Shown: positions 12,701 through 26,096, counted from the first letter of the stretch. The stretch: DNA of 64,000 bases from Nemertoderma westbladi (GCA_032718475.1 JAUCBJ010007727.1:1988-65987); one strand, 5' to 3'. The notes: generated by a model not told the origin, from the letters alone. Numbers and translations are program-made.

Positions 12701-13349
12701 TTCAATAATTTCCACATTAGAGTTTGCTGAAATGCTTTGGTATTTCGTAGTGCTACCTCCTTTAAAAACCGAGACCTTTTAATGAGCGTTGGGAATGGAC
12801 ATAAAGCTAAGCTGTTAATGGTGAGTTGCTAACACCAGAGAGTATGTTCTAGTAAGGTGGCTAAGGGATGCAACTGATCAAAGAATATATTTCGCAAGGG
12901 ATTTAATTACTTTGATCCTCACAGAGTGATGGCAACAAAGCATTTATCTTATAAGTAGCATATGGCTTGGTTTTGGTAGTTCGATACGTTATAACTATTC
13001 CCAACAACAACTTTGAAGTACCTTGGATTTCAGCAGCAAGACTTTCTAAAATGTAATAACTTGTGTCCAGGGCAGTCCACAATGCGCAATAATGCGTCCA
13101 CATTCAGCGTTACTGAAACACCAGGACTAAAACCCCTATGATTTGATTTTGATCAAATTACAAAAAACCAGACGGGGACAGTATATTTTGATCCATTTCT
13201 CTATACGAGGTAGGAAATGAGAGATTTACGAGAATTATATTGTATTTTATGATAAAATGAACATCCTGCGAACAAGAAATGAGTAACCAAACCACTAAAC
13301 TAATTAACTTATAATTTGTATTCTTCCTTAATTAGAAGCTTCTATATAA

Positions 13350-15430
13350 CTACTACTACTACTGTACTACTAGGTCGAGCGAACTCGGACAGTGGAAATG
13401 AGATCCTTCCAGGCTTCCCTGTTCCCCATAGTTGTCGCAATTTCGTTTCTCCCAAGTTCAGTATCCCTTTCAAGTTGATCTATATATGTTATGGCTGGTC
13501 GTCCACGACTACGCTTTCCATGAGTTGGTTGCCAGAGAAGTTGATCTGGTATGACCTCGTCTTTACTTCGCCAGCAGTGCTCACTGAATCTTAATCTGCG
13601 TTCATGGAGGGTGGTTGATACAGGTGGTATTGTACCATAAAGCTCGGCGTTTGTCATGTGTTGTCTCTAGCTGATATTTAGGGCTGCCCTTAGTAGTCTT
13701 GTGTAGCAACCATCAATTCGTTGTTCAAGTGATTTAGTCAGTGTCCAGGTCTCACCCCCGTATAAAAATACACTTTCCAATGTGGCTCGAAAGAACTTAG
13801 TCTTCAGGTGCCTGGAGAGATCTGATTTCCAGATGGTATCCATTTTTGATAGAGCTATCCATCCAAGCCTTTGCTTTCCTAACTTCTATGTCCTTTTTGC
13901 TACTCTCTATCCATGATCCAAGGTACTGGAAGTCGTCGACCTTCCTTAGTTGATTATTCTAAATTGTTGTCAAGTTTCCATCAACATTAAAGGTCATGAA
14001 TTCGGTCTTGGTAGCATTTATATGCAATCCCACCTCCTTAGCAGCCCTCTCCACTTTATTTAGTAGAAGTTGTGCATCTGCTAGTGTATTAGAGAGCAAG
14101 TCGATGTCATCCGCAAAGTCGGTGTCTGTGACTGTAGTTGCCGGATATCTACTACTTCTGCGTTCTTGACGTGTGAATCCCAGATCTTCACCCTTTGTGG
14201 CCGTCCTCATTGCGCAATCCAGCACAATTACAAATAGTAATGGTGCTAATGTGTCATCTTGCAGTACGCCAGCCAGGATTGAGAAAAACTCAGTTTCACC
14301 ATCTGGTGAGAGTACCTGCGCTTCTGTGTCACAATATAACAATCCAATGCCAGCAACAATTACTTCTGGTATTCCATAAGCTCTTAGGATTTCAAGCATT
14401 TTACCTCTATTGATGGAGTCGAATGCCTTCTTGAAGTCCACAAAAGTCATGACTGCTGGGAGATTCTTTGACTTAATTCCTTCAATCAGTCTCCGTAGTG
14501 CAAGTATCTGAGCTATTGATGACCTATTTGGTCGAAATCCGTTTTGGTTCTTACGCAGTAGTTTCTCTATGTGAGGCCTAATCCTATATAGAATCATTTT
14601 ATTGTATATTTTGGCAGCTACCACAAGCAGACAGATCCCACGATAGTTAGTTGGTATACCGAGGTCTCCTTTCTTGGGGAGAGGCTTTAGTTGACCTTTA
14701 GTTCAAATTGGTGGTGGCTTAACCCCTTTTAACATCCGGTTGCAAACATTCAATAATGGTCTGTTTAGCACTCCTGTTTTCCATACCTCCGCTGGGATTT
14801 CATCTAATCCACTCGCATTATTATTGGACATGCTTTTAATGCTTCTTTGGAGTTCGGCAGGTGTGAAGTCCCCTGTTTCTATAAGTAGTGTCTTGTCATA
14901 TATTTTCCTTGTAGGGCTGACCTCGATGTTTGGTGGCTGCCCAAGCAAGTTGCTGAAGTGATTTTTCCACTTCCCAACACGTTCTTCAGGACTATCGGCT
15001 TAGAGGCGCCCCTTTGCACAACTTTTCCGACCAGATACCACATTTACAGTTTGCCAGGTTAGTCTTGATTGTTGCTGTATGTGAGCAGTTGTAATTGCTT
15101 CAATTTTATCCTGTATGTACTTTCCTGGCTGATGTTGTAGGCCAATTTAAGATCGTCCTTAGCTTTCTCAACCTTGTTAATGATTTCGGTTGTTGGTTAT
15201 TCGGATTTTACTTTGTAGGCTATCTTAAGATCTTCTCTCTTACAAGTAACCTCGGAGTTTTGCCATGGCACATACTGTTTTCGTTTGGGTTTCTGGGGGA
15301 TATGCCTCTTAGCTGATTCCTTGTGGGCTTTTATTATATTCTGGTATATTGAATCGGTAGAATGGTCTTCATCTTCATCCATTGACTGAAGTGCTTCAAA
15401 GCGGCTTTGAACTTCTACTGTGCAAGCATC
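13350..15430 (-). mobile_element. Degenerate 5'-truncated RTE-clade LINE (~2.1 kb)
   Basis: Frameshifted RT pieces: ASGLDEIPAEVWK, QNGFRPNRS, FVDFKKAFDSI, GVLQDDTLAP, DFADDI. (CTA)n tail at 13350-13372. Confidence 0.93.
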
Positions 15431-16171
15431 CTACAGTGAAATGTTAATCTACAGTGACTAGGGTGACTACATATACAGAAATGTTACTCTGCCGAAAACA
15501 ATAAACTAAAGTCAATAGAACAGGTTACTCAGATGTTATTTAACTGGGATGAATTTTTATTGCGTCGAGATTATATCCTATATATGCAATTAATTGCAGT
15601 TACTGTAACAACTGCACGGTAAATGATCTTACACTTACCCTACTACAATGGCTATCATTATTGGAGAATTCGCCACCAGCGGTGGCGAATTCATTTTTTC
15701 CGCTCCATTTGCTATAGAGTTGGATCATCCTTAGTCCTGTTTAATTACTTAATAATTTATACAATCTATGAATGTTAAACACATATAAAATACAAATCAT
15801 TGTTTTGTATTAATAAAATCCACTACCTCAGGATAATAAACGTAGCAGTGCAAATAATAATTAGAAGTACAACCATGAATTAAATATTAATTATTAATGA
15901 ATTTGCATGAAATGGAATCCAATTACCAACAACGTAACACGGCAGTTTATTGCAGTCGTTTACGAGTGCAATCTTCCATGTACCAGCTGAATTCGCACAT
16001 CAGTATATTTATTGTTCGTATAAATCTGGATTTTTATGTTGTTACCACTAAAGAGATAACAGCAGCCCAATGGCTACATTCTCACACCAGGAGATCTCGT
16101 ATCTTTATGGCGTAGTAGTTAGTGAAACTTTGGTGTGCAAACAAATTATTTGCATTGAAAAATATTTCATA

Positions 16172-16296
16172 CCTTTAGTAAACAGAGTGGAAGGGTTTAA
16201 TGTGGAAGATCACCCATGGTGGTGAAGAGGCATTCCTTTAGTAAACAGAGTGGAGGGGTTTAATGTGGAAGATCACCCATGGTGGTGAACAGGCAT
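16172..16296. repeat. 63-bp satellite, left remnant (~2 units)
   Basis: Same unit as 33184-36370, interrupted at GGCAT by the LTR element. Confidence 0.9.
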
Positions 16297-18180
16297 TATT
16301 GGAAGAGACGGTAACAATACCTGCAATATCCTACTGTAAAGTTTGTAAATCAAATCATAAATCCGACCTTCTCACCAAAACAGTAAACTCTAAGTAAGCG
16401 AATATATTGCAGTATCGATCTCTTATAACCGGTGAGGCAGAAAACAGTCTACGAGCAGACAAACTTCGATAAAACAAAATCCCGCGCAGCGAATCCTAAA
16501 ATCAGGCTGACTCACTGACGGACTAAGGGGCTCGTATACTTTGCCGCGGTGTGATTTATATGGTTTGGGCAAAGGGACGCTAGCTAGGTACAGAGGCAGA
16601 TATTTGGAGATGTCTAACTAGCGGGCAAAGCACAGTACGGACAAAGTTAATTTTATATATTTCGAGGTGTAAATAATTTCTAACGCGCGTGTGTTAATTC
16701 TGAATGGTCAAAACAGTTTTGCTCCTTCACATATATAATTACTGGGTACGGTGTGCATTTTACGAATATTCTAATTTTGTAACTTGTAGGTCCAATACTC
16801 ACGAATGATAAGGTTCCTTCCCCTCTTGCGTATTTCCAGGACTCAAATTCAGGCATAAGGTTAATACTACGCCCAGAATTCGGCAATTTTAGGTACCAGG
16901 TCCCTGATACTAAGAAGAGATGTGTTAGTTTACTACTGTAGGCGTACAGGTACTAATAGCTATCCTAGCTCCTATCTAGAATTTTAGTCACCCAGGTAGT
17001 CCGGGTAACTTCCTATTAGGGCGTTGGCGGGGACACGGTAGATGTTAGTATATCCCTGATAGCCTCAATTTATTTGCGCCTAGTGTAAACTGCCCTACCG
17101 CCCGAACGGTACAATCCCAATTCAGGTGAAAACACAGCAACCCCCCTAGCCTACAAGTTCTGATGTAATGGACACCGTTGTACGGCAAATAGTCGCACAC
17201 ACACCTGTACTTAGCAAGAGTTAAGCGTACAGTTTGCTGCACCCTAACCAATGTGTATGCCTTGTACCGGTGTGCCTACGTCCTATCTGCGTACTAGTAT
17301 CTCTGCTCTCTCTCCCTCCCCCCGTAGGAATGTGAAGGTCTACTGTGGGTTTTCCTGAATCAAGACAGTACAGTCCCTATGATGTAATTTTAGGCTTGCA
17401 GCGTGTCACTACGTCTACCTTTTGATCTTTTGGTCTTACACTTAGGTAGCAAGGATCGAACGCTGTCTAACCTTTCAGGCGATGGGCGAATAACTCCAAA
17501 TGGTATTGCGGGTTGTCTCTCGTCTACATTCCCGTGATGTTCCCGTTCATTGCTGCGGCCCGATCTCTAGCCGGCCATCCTGTCCCTGAGTTTGTTCACC
17601 GTAGTGAATCCATAGTAAAACAGATAGAAAAGCTGAGAGAATATTCTGACTTTATTACAGAAGATACAATACAATGTAATCTGAGAATAAACTAAGCACG
17701 GAATAAACAAATATCAGATAACTGAATAACTGAGAGAATAATAACTAATGAACAAATCGCACCCTTTTATAGCCAATTTGTGCCGCAATCAATCGAGAAA
17801 ATTCTCGATTGTTCTATGGGTTCTAACAAGGTTTTAAAGATAGCTATTGGTCCAGCTAATATATAACTTGCACGACATTGGTTACAATCAAATAACTACA
17901 GCCTCATTGGTACAGACAAATGCAATTAATTTGTAGCGGTTAATTTAAATGAGTTGAAATTCTGCACAAAAAATAATTCGCACTTACTAGGATTCGAACT
18001 CGATACCTACTACACATATAATTTCCAACGCTCTACCAACTGAGCTACTGAACCACTTGACCGATAGATGTACAAATGATAGAACCAATACGAATGAGAA
18101 CTCAAAGCAATCTTTACAAAGTTAATTCGAATAAAATAAAATTTTGAAAATCCACGGCATTTAGGGAATATAATTCTATA
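16297..18180 (-). repeat. 3' LTR (1884 bp)
   Basis: Direct repeat of 31300-33183 at offset 15003. One mismatch noticed (16320 C vs 31323 A). AATAAA on minus strand at 17069-17074. Confidence 0.97.
17968..18054 (-). ncRNA. tRNA-derived Pol III cassette in U3 of the 3' LTR (not a functional tRNA)
   Basis: GGTTCAG-TAGCTCAGTTGGTAGAGC (A box with intact D arm), GAGTTCGAATCC (B box), T6 run. Acceptor, anticodon and T stems do not pair. Confidence 0.7.
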
Positions 18181-18664
18181 CCGCTCCATGAAAACAGGAT
18201 ATTATCGTGCATAAAATATACGGTTTTCACCAATAATCAATCAAACTATAGAATACTTAGGGCGTACTTACATATTTACAATTAAATTTCAAACGATACT
18301 TCCTTTCTACGTAATGATTCGATACAAAAATAATTACAAATTCAAACTTTACGTATTTAAGGCTTTACTAAGTAAGTACAATATAAATCTAAATTAAATT
18401 CACCAATATAAATCTATTGCATCTCAGATATTGCATAAATTCAAACAATTACAAATACAAATAAATGAAAACAATAAGAAAGGCTCGCGAGTCTTCCATC
18501 TACTATTGCATCCCAAATATTGCATAAATTCAAGTAATTACAAATACTTTCGTACCTAAATGTAGATTGCATAAGTTTGGAATAATTACAAATATGAGTC
18601 TTTCTGAGCACAAAATTTTCTATCTATAAAACTTTCTATTTCACTGTAAATACAAATACTGCTT

Positions 18665-19000
18665 ATAAAATATAAATTGCATAATATTCGGAACAATATA
18701 AATTGCATAAGTTCGGAATAATATAAATTGCATAAGTTCGGAATAATATAAATTGCATAAGATCGGAATAATCACAAGTATAAAATATAAATTCTTACAA
18801 ATATAAGTCTTACTAAATATAGATATAAACTGCATAAGTTTAGAATAATATAAACTCCTTTGCATCTTCAAATATGAAACATAAATCTTTCAAATATAAG
18901 TTCCTTCTAAATATAAACTCTCTAAATTTCATAAATTCGGAACAATACAAATTGCATAAGTTCGGAATAATATAAATTGCATAAGTTCGGAATAAACACA
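18665..19000. repeat. Degenerate 25-bp tandem repeats in the element 3' UTR
   Basis: Unit TATAAATTGCATAAGTTCGGAATAA, about 4 tandem copies at 18670-18770 and further copies to 18995. Confidence 0.85.
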
Positions 19001-19077
19001 AATATAAATATAAATTCAAATAAATCACAAATCATAAGAAAGGCCCACGAGTCTTCCGTCCACCCTTGCCCTCCCCT

Positions 19078-20592
19078 TTATCGCTTAGTGGATCGAGCCC
19101 TGCCGCGTCCTCGAAAACTGCGCACAGGTGACTTTGCTCGCGATATGGGACTAATGGGGCGAGTCACTGATTTACTTGGGACGTTGAGGGACGGTGCGAC
19201 TATTTCCTCGCAAATTCGTCTGTTTGGCATCCCAAAACCTCGACCGATTCCTCGTGACCGATCAGTCGTCACTACAGTTGGTAGAACGTCTGGGAACGCG
19301 CGAGAAGTGGACGACGCAGACCCAAGAGTAGCTTGCGCCCCCTGTTGATCAGCTGGTGTATGTCCCGATCCTCCTACCGGTTCTCTTGGAAGTGATACCG
19401 TATCCCGAGTAACTCGAATAGTCGGCTCAACTCCCTTGCGTTCTTCTACATTAATAATTTTCTTCAATTGTTGGCCCACCTTCTGGACCCGTATGATCCT
19501 ACCCTGCCCGTCCTCCCGAGGGTGACGTGCAGACGGCGCAACCGGAGTGGCTGGTATATTCGTCGCCTCTAGGACCTCTTCTTCCTCGAATACGCTCGCT
19601 CGTATACGTTTGTGGTAAAACGCGGCTCGGTACGCCCATGCGACGGTTAACCAAGCTCCCTTGTTCCGCTTTTCAGTTCGGAAACGATCGAATTCACCAT
19701 ACGTAATCCGATTAACGACTTTCTGAAAATTCCACGTGTTTTTGTTATCCGGGTGAATTTGTAACAGATACTCGCGCACCACTCGGAATCCGCTGTCGTG
19801 GGGCAAAATATCGACAACCTCGATAAGTTCGTCATATTGGGGCATAGCGGAGATATATCCTTCTGACATCATCGTCTGAGGATTTACCGCCCAAAATCCA
19901 AGATGCGCTCTCATCGGAAACCGTCTTCTCTGTGCTGATACATGTTCGTCGGCTAAATCTTCCCACTCATCAAATAACTTCCTCACGAGTTTTACAGATT
20001 CGTGTTCATAAGGTATGTCTCTTAGTTGGCATTCAGATGCTCGATGTCCCTTTATATTGCAGTAAGTACATTGAGCCATAAATCTCCAGCAAGTATAAAA
20101 GGTATGAGACCCTTGATCCCCACACCATCCACAGATTAGCTGAGTCGTAGTAATGTGCTTTCCACTGCACTTTGCCATATGATGTCCAGCGACGCCACAT
20201 TTACTACACATCGTATTGGCAGGGTACCACACTCGTTCGTATATAAGATCTCCAATCGGTCGAGCGCTTCCTCCCACACTATAATCGTAATCATCTGGGT
20301 CTATGGGTTGGTAGGTTTCTGAAGGTTGTATACAAACTATAGCATCTGTTGCTTCAAGTTGTCGAATCTCCGTCTGAGATTTCTTCGGGAGGTTCCTTTC
20401 TATCTCAAGAAGTTCCTCTAAAGGATCGTCGGCGATCGTAGTAGTTACTTCGAATTCATCACCAAGGTGACCGATAGGCGCGCGCGTCTGCCGTGATTCA
20501 TCCGTAATTTCCACGATACGTTCTCCTTCATAGGGTAACAATGTAAACATAGATGGTCTTTCGATAAGAGATCCCGCACAGCGAAGATACAC
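19078..20592 (-). CDS. Extra ORF downstream of pol with three CCHC zinc knuckles (504 aa)
   Basis: CSKCGVAGHHMAKC, CGWCGDQGSHTFYTC, CTYCNIKGHRASEC. Acidic N-terminus and Arg/Ser/Gly-rich C-terminus. The ORF track starts at GTG; true start uncertain. Confidence 0.75.
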   Translation of the reverse strand: MYLRCAGSLIERPSMFTLLPYEGERIVEITDESRQTRAPIGHLGDEFEVTTTIADDPLEELLEIERNLPKKSQTEIRQLEATDAIVCIQPSETYQPIDPDDYDYSVGGSARPIGDLIYERVWYPANTMCSKCGVAGHHMAKCSGKHITTTQLICGWCGDQGSHTFYTCWRFMAQCTYCNIKGHRASECQLRDIPYEHESVKLVRKLFDEWEDLADEHVSAQRRRFPMRAHLGFWAVNPQTMMSEGYISAMPQYDELIEVVDILPHDSGFRVVREYLLQIHPDNKNTWNFQKVVNRITYGEFDRFRTEKRNKGAWLTVAWAYRAAFYHKRIRASVFEEEEVLEATNIPATPVAPSARHPREDGQGRIIRVQKVGQQLKKIINVEERKGVEPTIRVTRDTVSLPREPVGGSGHTPADQQGAQATLGSASSTSRAFPDVLPTVVTTDRSRGIGRGFGMPNRRICEEIVAPSLNVPSKSVTRPISPISRAKSPVRSFRGRGRARSTKR

Positions 20593-20888
20593 GTCTCGAA
20601 ATATGCTAAATCCTGCTCGAGTAAAGGCATTGCTGTCTTTGCGAGCTTCGCTGTACTTTCTGATAATTCCTTTATACCAAATATAGTGTAGTCTTTTGCT
20701 CCAAATCGTTCGAATGAAGCTGCCGCCTCCTCTTGGATATCATATCCCCATCTCGGCTCTCCTTGTATCCCTTTCTCCATAATTAGAGGTGTAGTTACAT
20801 AATCATTACTACTAGAGGGAATACAACAGAGTTTGTGGTTAGTTGTGAGGAGACGTGAGAGTTTCGTCTGCCTTTTGGGCTTCGACAA
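20445..20888 (-). CDS. Small ORF overlapping the 5' end of the zinc-knuckle ORF
   Basis: 147-codon open frame with internal ATG (MEKGIQGEPRW) and an HLCLHC motif. May be the frameshifted N-terminus of the next ORF. Confidence 0.4.
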   Translation of the reverse strand: MSKPKRQTKLSRLLTTNHKLCCIPSSSNDYVTTPLIMEKGIQGEPRWGYDIQEEAAASFERFGAKDYTIFGIKELSESTAKLAKTAMPLLEQDLAYFETCIFAVRDLLSKDHLCLHCYPMKENVSWKLRMNHGRRARLSVTLVMNSK

Positions 20889-21442
20889 CGCTCTAACCTC
20901 CTACCCATAGCCTAAGATCTAGGGTTTCTTTAATGACACGCTGCTTCTTATCTAAAATTTTTTGCCGAAATAAAAACGAATTTGGGCTAAACTGGCCGTG
21001 AGTCTAAAATACTCACTTTTTGATCCCAAACTATTATCAGAAAATAAGCAGTCAAGAATTAGTAATAAATATAGGGGAGTCTATTTATTGACGTAACTTA
21101 TTGAAACAAGACCGTGTAAAATTTAATTAAAAATTTTAAGAAAGGCTCGCAAGTCTTCCTCTCTTATTTCTCTAATTTTAAGTTCCACCCGACTGTACCC
21201 TGAAATCTATTCACTGGAGAAAATTTTAAAAATTTTCAAATCCAAATGGATTGTCTAAAATTTCGAAAATGTCTCAATATTGTGAGTTCCAAGTAGAATT
21301 CCATTTCTTATACCTACAAATCCCGCTCCTATGTGACACATAAGGGTACCACCCTCAATGTTCACATATAAAGACAATGGAATTCTACCGCTGTCCTTAC
21401 TACGGTGTACAGGTACGTGGAAATCTATTTTTAAACTCCTAA

Positions 21443-24400
21443 TTATTTACTAGTATTAGGTGGAGATTTGTAGTCTCCAGACTCGTTACGAGTCTCTTCA
21501 AGGAGTACGAGACGTTGAGTCGGTCTGTCTACTGTACGACCGTCAATTGTCCGTACCGTCACAGTTCTTGTCGCTCCATCCATAGATGGATGTGTGGCTA
21601 AAATGACACCTGTTATCCAGAAGCGTCTTTTTAGATTCACTTCTGCCAACAGCACGTGATCTCCCGGCTTTAATGCGCGGGTGTTATTATACCAAGTTGT
21701 TCTGGCAGAAATAGAGGGCAAATAATGGTTTTGCCATATTTCCCAGAATTTGTTAGCCAGTAGTTGCGTGATTTTCCACGCTTTTCTACCGTAGCTGTCG
21801 CTTTCTATTGGAATAGAAATCGGCGTTAATGTCGTCGGTGCCTGCATAAGCAGGTGTGCCGGTGTTAAAGCAAACTGGGATTGTTTGTCATCGGGTACTA
21901 ATACTATTGGTCTAGTATTTAGTATTGCCTCGATTTCAACAAACAATGTTGTCAGTTGGTCGTCTGTTAATATGTGGTTTACTGGAATGACCTTTGCCAT
22001 GGCTGTCTTTATAGATCTAATCAGTCTCTCCCAGACTCCGCCTCTCCAAGGACTATCTGGAGGATTAAACTTCCAAACAATCTTGTGAGGTTGTAGTTCG
22101 TTCGAGATTTGATCATGATCTAATTTCTTAAAGGCTCTAGCAATCTCATTCCGAGCACCAACGAAGTTTGTCCCTTGGTCTGAGTACAAGCATTTTACTA
22201 GTCCGCGTCTAGCGATAAATCGCCGCAGTGCTAGTATAAACGCGTTGGTGGAAAGATCCATCACACGTTCAATGTGAACTGCCCTACTGGACATACATGT
22301 GAAAATCAGTCCCCAGCGTTTTACTAGTATACGTCCACGTTTCGTATGTATGGGACCAAAGCAATCAATTCCAGTCTCTGTAAAAGGTGGTCTGAATGCT
22401 TGAAGTCGTGCTTGTGGTAGTTCACTCATTTCTTGGGTACCTATTCTAGAATGTACCTTTTTACAAATAATACACGTACGTGTCACTGAACTTAATGCTT
22501 TACTGGGTCTAATTAATACAAATCTAGTACGTAAGTAGGAAAGACAGTGGTGTCTTCCAGCGTGTTTCAGATGTAGATGTGCGTCCAGTATCATTGCACG
22601 TTGTAGTTCGTGGTGTTGCGGTATTATTATTGGGTACCTAAAGTTCGTGTTAAAGTCAATGTTTTGAAGCCGAGATTTATGACAAATTAAGCCATTATAA
22701 ATAATCGGACTCCAACTCAGTATTGGTGACGACTTGATTGGTTGACCTTGATTTATAGATGTGAATTCGCGCGCGAAATATCGCAGTTGGTAATGGCGAA
22801 TTAATTTAATCTCACACCTGTCAATCTCAGCCAATGTAAGTCGACGTGTAAAGTAACGTTTGCCTTTAACGTATTGTACAAAACGTACAATCCACGCTAG
22901 TTTTCGGCAAGCGTTCGACCAAGAATCTGTTAGGTTTACAATACGGTCGACATGAGTATTTGTGACGTCATCAGGTAAGTCAATGGAGAACTTGGAAGGT
23001 TTTGATTTACTAGAAGGGCCCACGGGTCCGCCGGTAGGTATTCCCTTGTTGACTGTTGATCCGTCCGGGTCTACAAGTAATTTGTCCTTCTTTGTCTTCT
23101 TACCTTGATTGTCAGTACTTTGTAAGTCGATCGTCAATGGTGGTTTGAACTCTATGGGATCAGTGGGTTTCGGTAAACTTATTTTTCTGCCGACATTAAT
23201 CCCAGGTCTCACCATAGGTTGCAAGTTCGGTATGTCTCTTGAGCGCAGAGTAACACCTGTATTTACATTAGCGTAGGTACTACCCACATCTGTAATACAT
23301 GAGGTTTCACCGTGCTTATGGTTGCTCAAGTGTGTCAAAATTGGTAGTTTGTCAATACAAGGCCGCTCCAATAGGGAAACTGCGGCTTTATCGTTAGTCA
23401 ATACATTACTAGTGTCTAGTCGACTGTCTAGTAATGTGTCTGGCGATACGTCTGGTAACGTATCTGGTTGTTTGTCAATAGAAGGCCGCTCCAATAGGGA
23501 AACTGCGGCTTTACTGTTTGTCAGTGTGTTACTAGCGTCTGGTGGAACATTTTGTGATATGTCTGGCAAAATGTCTGGTTGGCTGTCTAGTAACATGTCT
23601 GGTTGACCGTCTGGTAACGTGTCTGGTTGACCGTCTGGCGATATGTCTGGTGTAGAAAGGCTCGCAAGTCTTCCTCTCTTGACCTTTGAAGTTATATCTT
23701 TCCATTTCGCCTTCGGTTTTTTCTTGAGTTTCGCCGCCGTCGTCTTTTTCTTTGTCTTCCCCTTTTTTGGTTTCTTGATTTCGGCGTCCTTGGGAATGGT
23801 GTTGGACTTGTTGTCGTATAACGGAGGCCAATCTTGTGTCGATTTCTGCAAGAATTGGGGTCCGTGTTGCCAAAATTCTTTGTTCTCCGGTTTACAGAAT
23901 TCCTCAGGCATCATTCCTCGCGACGCAATATCAGCTGGGTTTTGTGGTCCGGGACAATGTCGCCAATCCCCTTTTATTGAACGGTCTAGAATTTCCGCGC
24001 GACGGTTAGCAACGAATGTCTTGAATTCGAGTGTGTCGTTGTTTATGTAAAATAAAACCAACGTCGCGTCAGTCCAATAAAATATCTGTAAACTCGACTG
24101 TAGTTCTGTCTGTATGAGGTTCACGATGGTGGTTGACAGGGTTGCGGCTTGTAGCTCGGCTCGTGGTGTCGTCATATACTTAGTAGGCATGGTCTTAGCC
24201 TTAGAAGTAATGAGCGAAACATCGAACTCGTCTGATTCTACTTGTCTGCGCAAGTACGCTGCCACACCAAAACCGTTGTCACTGGCGTCAGAAAAGCAGT
24301 GTAGTTCCAAGTTGTCAGGAAATGTACTTTGTAATGGAAAGTAAACCCTGGGTATGAAATAATCCTCTAGCGAAGATAATTCCGCCTCCCAGGTCTTCCA

Positions 24401-25893
24401 TAAGTCCACTTGGTCTGATGAGATCGGCTCGTCCCATGTTAGTCCATCCTTCCATATACTGCGCATATAAATGCGGGCTTGCAGTATCACTGGACTGATG
24501 AATCCTAACGGATCGAACAATCGGCTCAATTTTGACAAGCATGATCTCTTGGTCAGTGTGTTCTCTTGACTGTCCAGTCTCACTTTCACTCGAAAGTTGT
24601 CTGTGTTTGGGTCCCAAAAGAGCCCCAACACCTTAGTCGTCGGTAGTGGTTCGAACTCTAGGTCTATGTCACCACCTCCACGCTCAGTAGTTCCGAATGA
24701 GTCTACTAATTCGGCACTGTTTGAGGCGAATTTGGTGAGGTTAAAACCTCCGCCCGCCAAGCAGTCCCGTAATTGATGTGCTACTGTTGTAGCACGTTCT
24801 ACTGTGTCGCAACTCTGTAATCCGTCATCAACGTAAAAGTCACGCTCCACAATTCTAATTATCTCTGGGTCATATAGATGTTTCTGATCTCTAGCGGCCT
24901 GCTTTAGGGCGTACATCGTACAATTTGGGCTGTCTCTGGCACCGAAAACGCGAACTTGCATTTGGTAAGTCGCCGGTGGTAGACTTAAATCTCCTTCCGG
25001 GTACCAGAGGAACCGCAAACTGTCTCTGTCTCGCTCTAACGCCTTTACTTGGTGAAACATCGCTTCAACGTCACAAGTAAAAGCTACTTGACGCTGACGG
25101 AAGCGCATAATCACCCCCATAAGATAATTATTCATGTTCGGTCCATCCATCAACTCACTATTGAGGGACATTCCCTCAAACAGAGCCGCACAGTCATTGA
25201 CTACACGTACTTTGTCTGGTTTGTCGGGGTGTCTCACGTAGTGATGTGGCAAGTAATACGTTTGGTCGGTCACTCGCTCCGGGTTAGTCATTCGGATAGC
25301 GTATCCCTTTGTCAAATACGTCTCCATCTGAGTGTTATACTGCAGATGGGCTTTCTCGTCTTTTAATAGACGTTGTCGGATTGAGTGTAGACGTCTTAAA
25401 GCCAGTGGATAGTTGTTTATAAGTTTAGGACTTTGGCTACGCCATAACATCCCTACCTCATAATGTCCGTCTTTCGTCTGGTGGATAGTATCTTCCATGA
25501 TCTTCAGAGATTGTTTCTCCTGTTCCGACATACAAGGTTCATAGCTACCAGGTTCAGCTGTATCTTGTTCTAACCACCTGATAGTCTTCTCCGTTAATTC
25601 TTTGTCCAAGGCGGCTTGTTCCAACTGATGATTTCTCAACGCGTCATCATCGATATCGACGGGCACTGTTGAGGTTATTGGGGTAGGTAGACTCGCAAGC
25701 CTATCATCTGTCGTCGATGGAATCTCTAGCTGACTCGTCTTCCCCCCAAGTTCTAAACTCACCTTGTGGGTTAGCTGCTCCTTGTGACTTATCATACTAG
25801 TTACACGTCTGTCATGTTTTGTCGACTGTAGTGTAGTATGGTTCACGTCGTGTGAAAAGGAATGAATTGAATTTGTAGTTAATAAACTACATG
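21443..25893 (-). CDS. pol: BEL/Pao Pol: RT, RNase H, integrase, C-terminal DUF5641-like domain
   Basis: YYLPHH, DVEAMFHQV, FYVDD; LHCFSDAS, PRAELQAA, NPADIASRG; H..H..CxxC, GIDCFGP, SDQGTNF, GGVWERL. The frame stays open upstream of the 25846 ORF call up to the insertion boundary. Confidence 0.96.
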
Positions 25894-26096
25894 CAGGGCC
25901 GGATTAACCAGTAGGCTAATAAGGCTGAAGCCTTAGGGCCATTGAAAAAAGCGGTCACTTTCCTACAAAAATGTTGAATTGTAATGAGTTGAATGTAATG
26001 AGAGTTAATAGGAAGCCTATAAAATAGTCTGTAAAAGGGGCACTTTACATCATTAGTTTCTTAGTATATGGACCCGTCCGCGTCCGTCCATGTAGT
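25894..26096. mobile_element. One-ended hAT-MITE remnant interrupting gag-pol
   Basis: Begins CAGGGCCGGATTAAC (hAT-like TIR) and is flanked by CTACATG at 25887-25893 and 26097-26103. Removing 210 bp restores one continuous frame. Confidence 0.75.

Noticed and set aside
16680-17695. Short ORFs duplicated in both LTRs
   Set aside because: 60-68 codons with non-ATG starts; their identity simply reflects LTR duplication.
17968-18054. Functional tRNA gene serving as the element's own primer
   Set aside because: Acceptor, anticodon and T stems do not pair, and its 3' end is not complementary to the PBS.
25847-26050. Intron or programmed readthrough joining gag and pol
   Set aside because: Four in-frame stops and no convincing phase-compatible GT-AG pair; an insertion with flanking duplication explains it exactly.
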